Below are positions 21,202 through 21,620 of a stretch of DNA of 21,620 nt, one piece after another. Every line of letters begins with the position of its first letter. Positions within the stretch are counted from its first letter, which is position 1. The position numbers and the translations under genes are program-made. The DNA comes from a virus (lineage: Duplodnaviria; Heunggongvirae; Uroviricota; Caudoviricetes), in IMG/VR virus record IMGVR_UViG_3300046692_000144, positions 1 to 21,620 of that record, one strand, 5' to 3'. The notes beneath the pieces are model-generated. The model searched no databases, had not been told where the DNA came from, and saw only the letters and a list, made by a program, of their open reading frames with translations.

Positions 21202-21620
21202 CAAGTATGGGTACCTAAATGATTCTACTAGCACGATGGTTGCTGACAACCACGTTGAAGACGCTGTTGAAGAGACAGGCGTTGAAGCTTTTCTGCGAGT
21301 TCGCGGCTGGGGCCGCATCTCGTATCTCCCAGAGCCTGAAAAACTTCAGGACCAAGTAGGAGAGATCATCGGTCAAGCGTTGACTGAGTTCTGGTTGAAG
21401 CATTGTGGCAAAGAGTCTCTCCGGGCAATTCCTTACCCTGATCGTTACGGCATTAACAAGCGTGGGGAGGTCACCGAAGACAAGAGTGGTAAGTATGTCC
21501 TGCGTCGTGACTATGACGTGGCAAACACTACTCTTAACGCGGCGTTAAGTCACATGTCGGATCAGGAGGAGACCATTCGTCAGCTTCGTGCTGAACTTGC
21601 CTCCGCTAAAGAGACCCTTG
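21140..21620 (+). CDS. phage hypothetical protein, 3'-truncated (absent from the ORF track)
   Basis: Open from ATG 21140 to the window end: MSEQTVFQRALDLYTPPFTFNKYGYLNDSTSTMVADNHVEDAVEETGVEAFLRVRGWGRISYLPEPEKLQDQVGEIIGQALTEFW…. Codon usage matches the other genes. An alternative start is at 21236. Confidence 0.75.
   Translation, partial: MSEQTVFQRALDLYTPPFTFNKYGYLNDSTSTMVADNHVEDAVEETGVEAFLRVRGWGRISYLPEPEKLQDQVGEIIGQALTEFWLKHCGKESLRAIPYPDRYGINKRGEVTEDKSGKYVLRRDYDVANTTLNAALSHMSDQEETIRQLRAELASAKETL

Noticed and set aside
21219-21359. 46-aa + strand ORF MILLARWLL…
   Set aside because: Out of frame inside the longer, better-supported ORF starting at 21140.
1-21620. Assignment to a named phage or host, and presence of tRNA/rRNA genes
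   Set aside because: Gene content is compatible with large sigma-encoding phages of Proteobacteria, but identity cannot be established without a search. No cloverleaf or rRNA-like segment was seen, and the intergenic gaps are mostly too short.

Overview
This window reads as part of a large lytic (probably jumbo) bacteriophage genome: densely packed, almost all + strand, with no rRNA, tRNA, CRISPR array or IS seen. A lipoprotein signal and prophage-type modules suggest a Gram-negative host, but this is inference and no taxon is assigned. Bases 168-1546 form a transcription-control block: a TraR/DksA-like zinc finger, a Cys-rich ORF and a sigma70-family sigma factor on the - strand, preceded by a host-type promoter. 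Bases 1868-9591 form a replication/recombination block: a free-standing HNH endonuclease, an SSB-like protein, a Cas4-like PD-(D/E)XK nuclease and a fused primase-helicase, interrupted by five small paralogous genes. Bases 9575-21620 are an accessory region of about 40 small genes punctuated by hairpin terminators and a repeated promoter-like motif, GGTATAAG-N4-GTAG. The main unexplained structures are: about 14 diverged small paralogs sharing an N-terminal hydrophobic-x-x-F-x-x-x-L helix; the repeated promoter motif next to a sigma factor with an altered region 4.2; a gene flanked by an exact 25-bp direct repeat; and three ORFs missing from the supplied track (17351-17488, 19289-19450, 21140 to window end). 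Several start codons were moved from the ORF track on the basis of RBS position and stop/start overlap.
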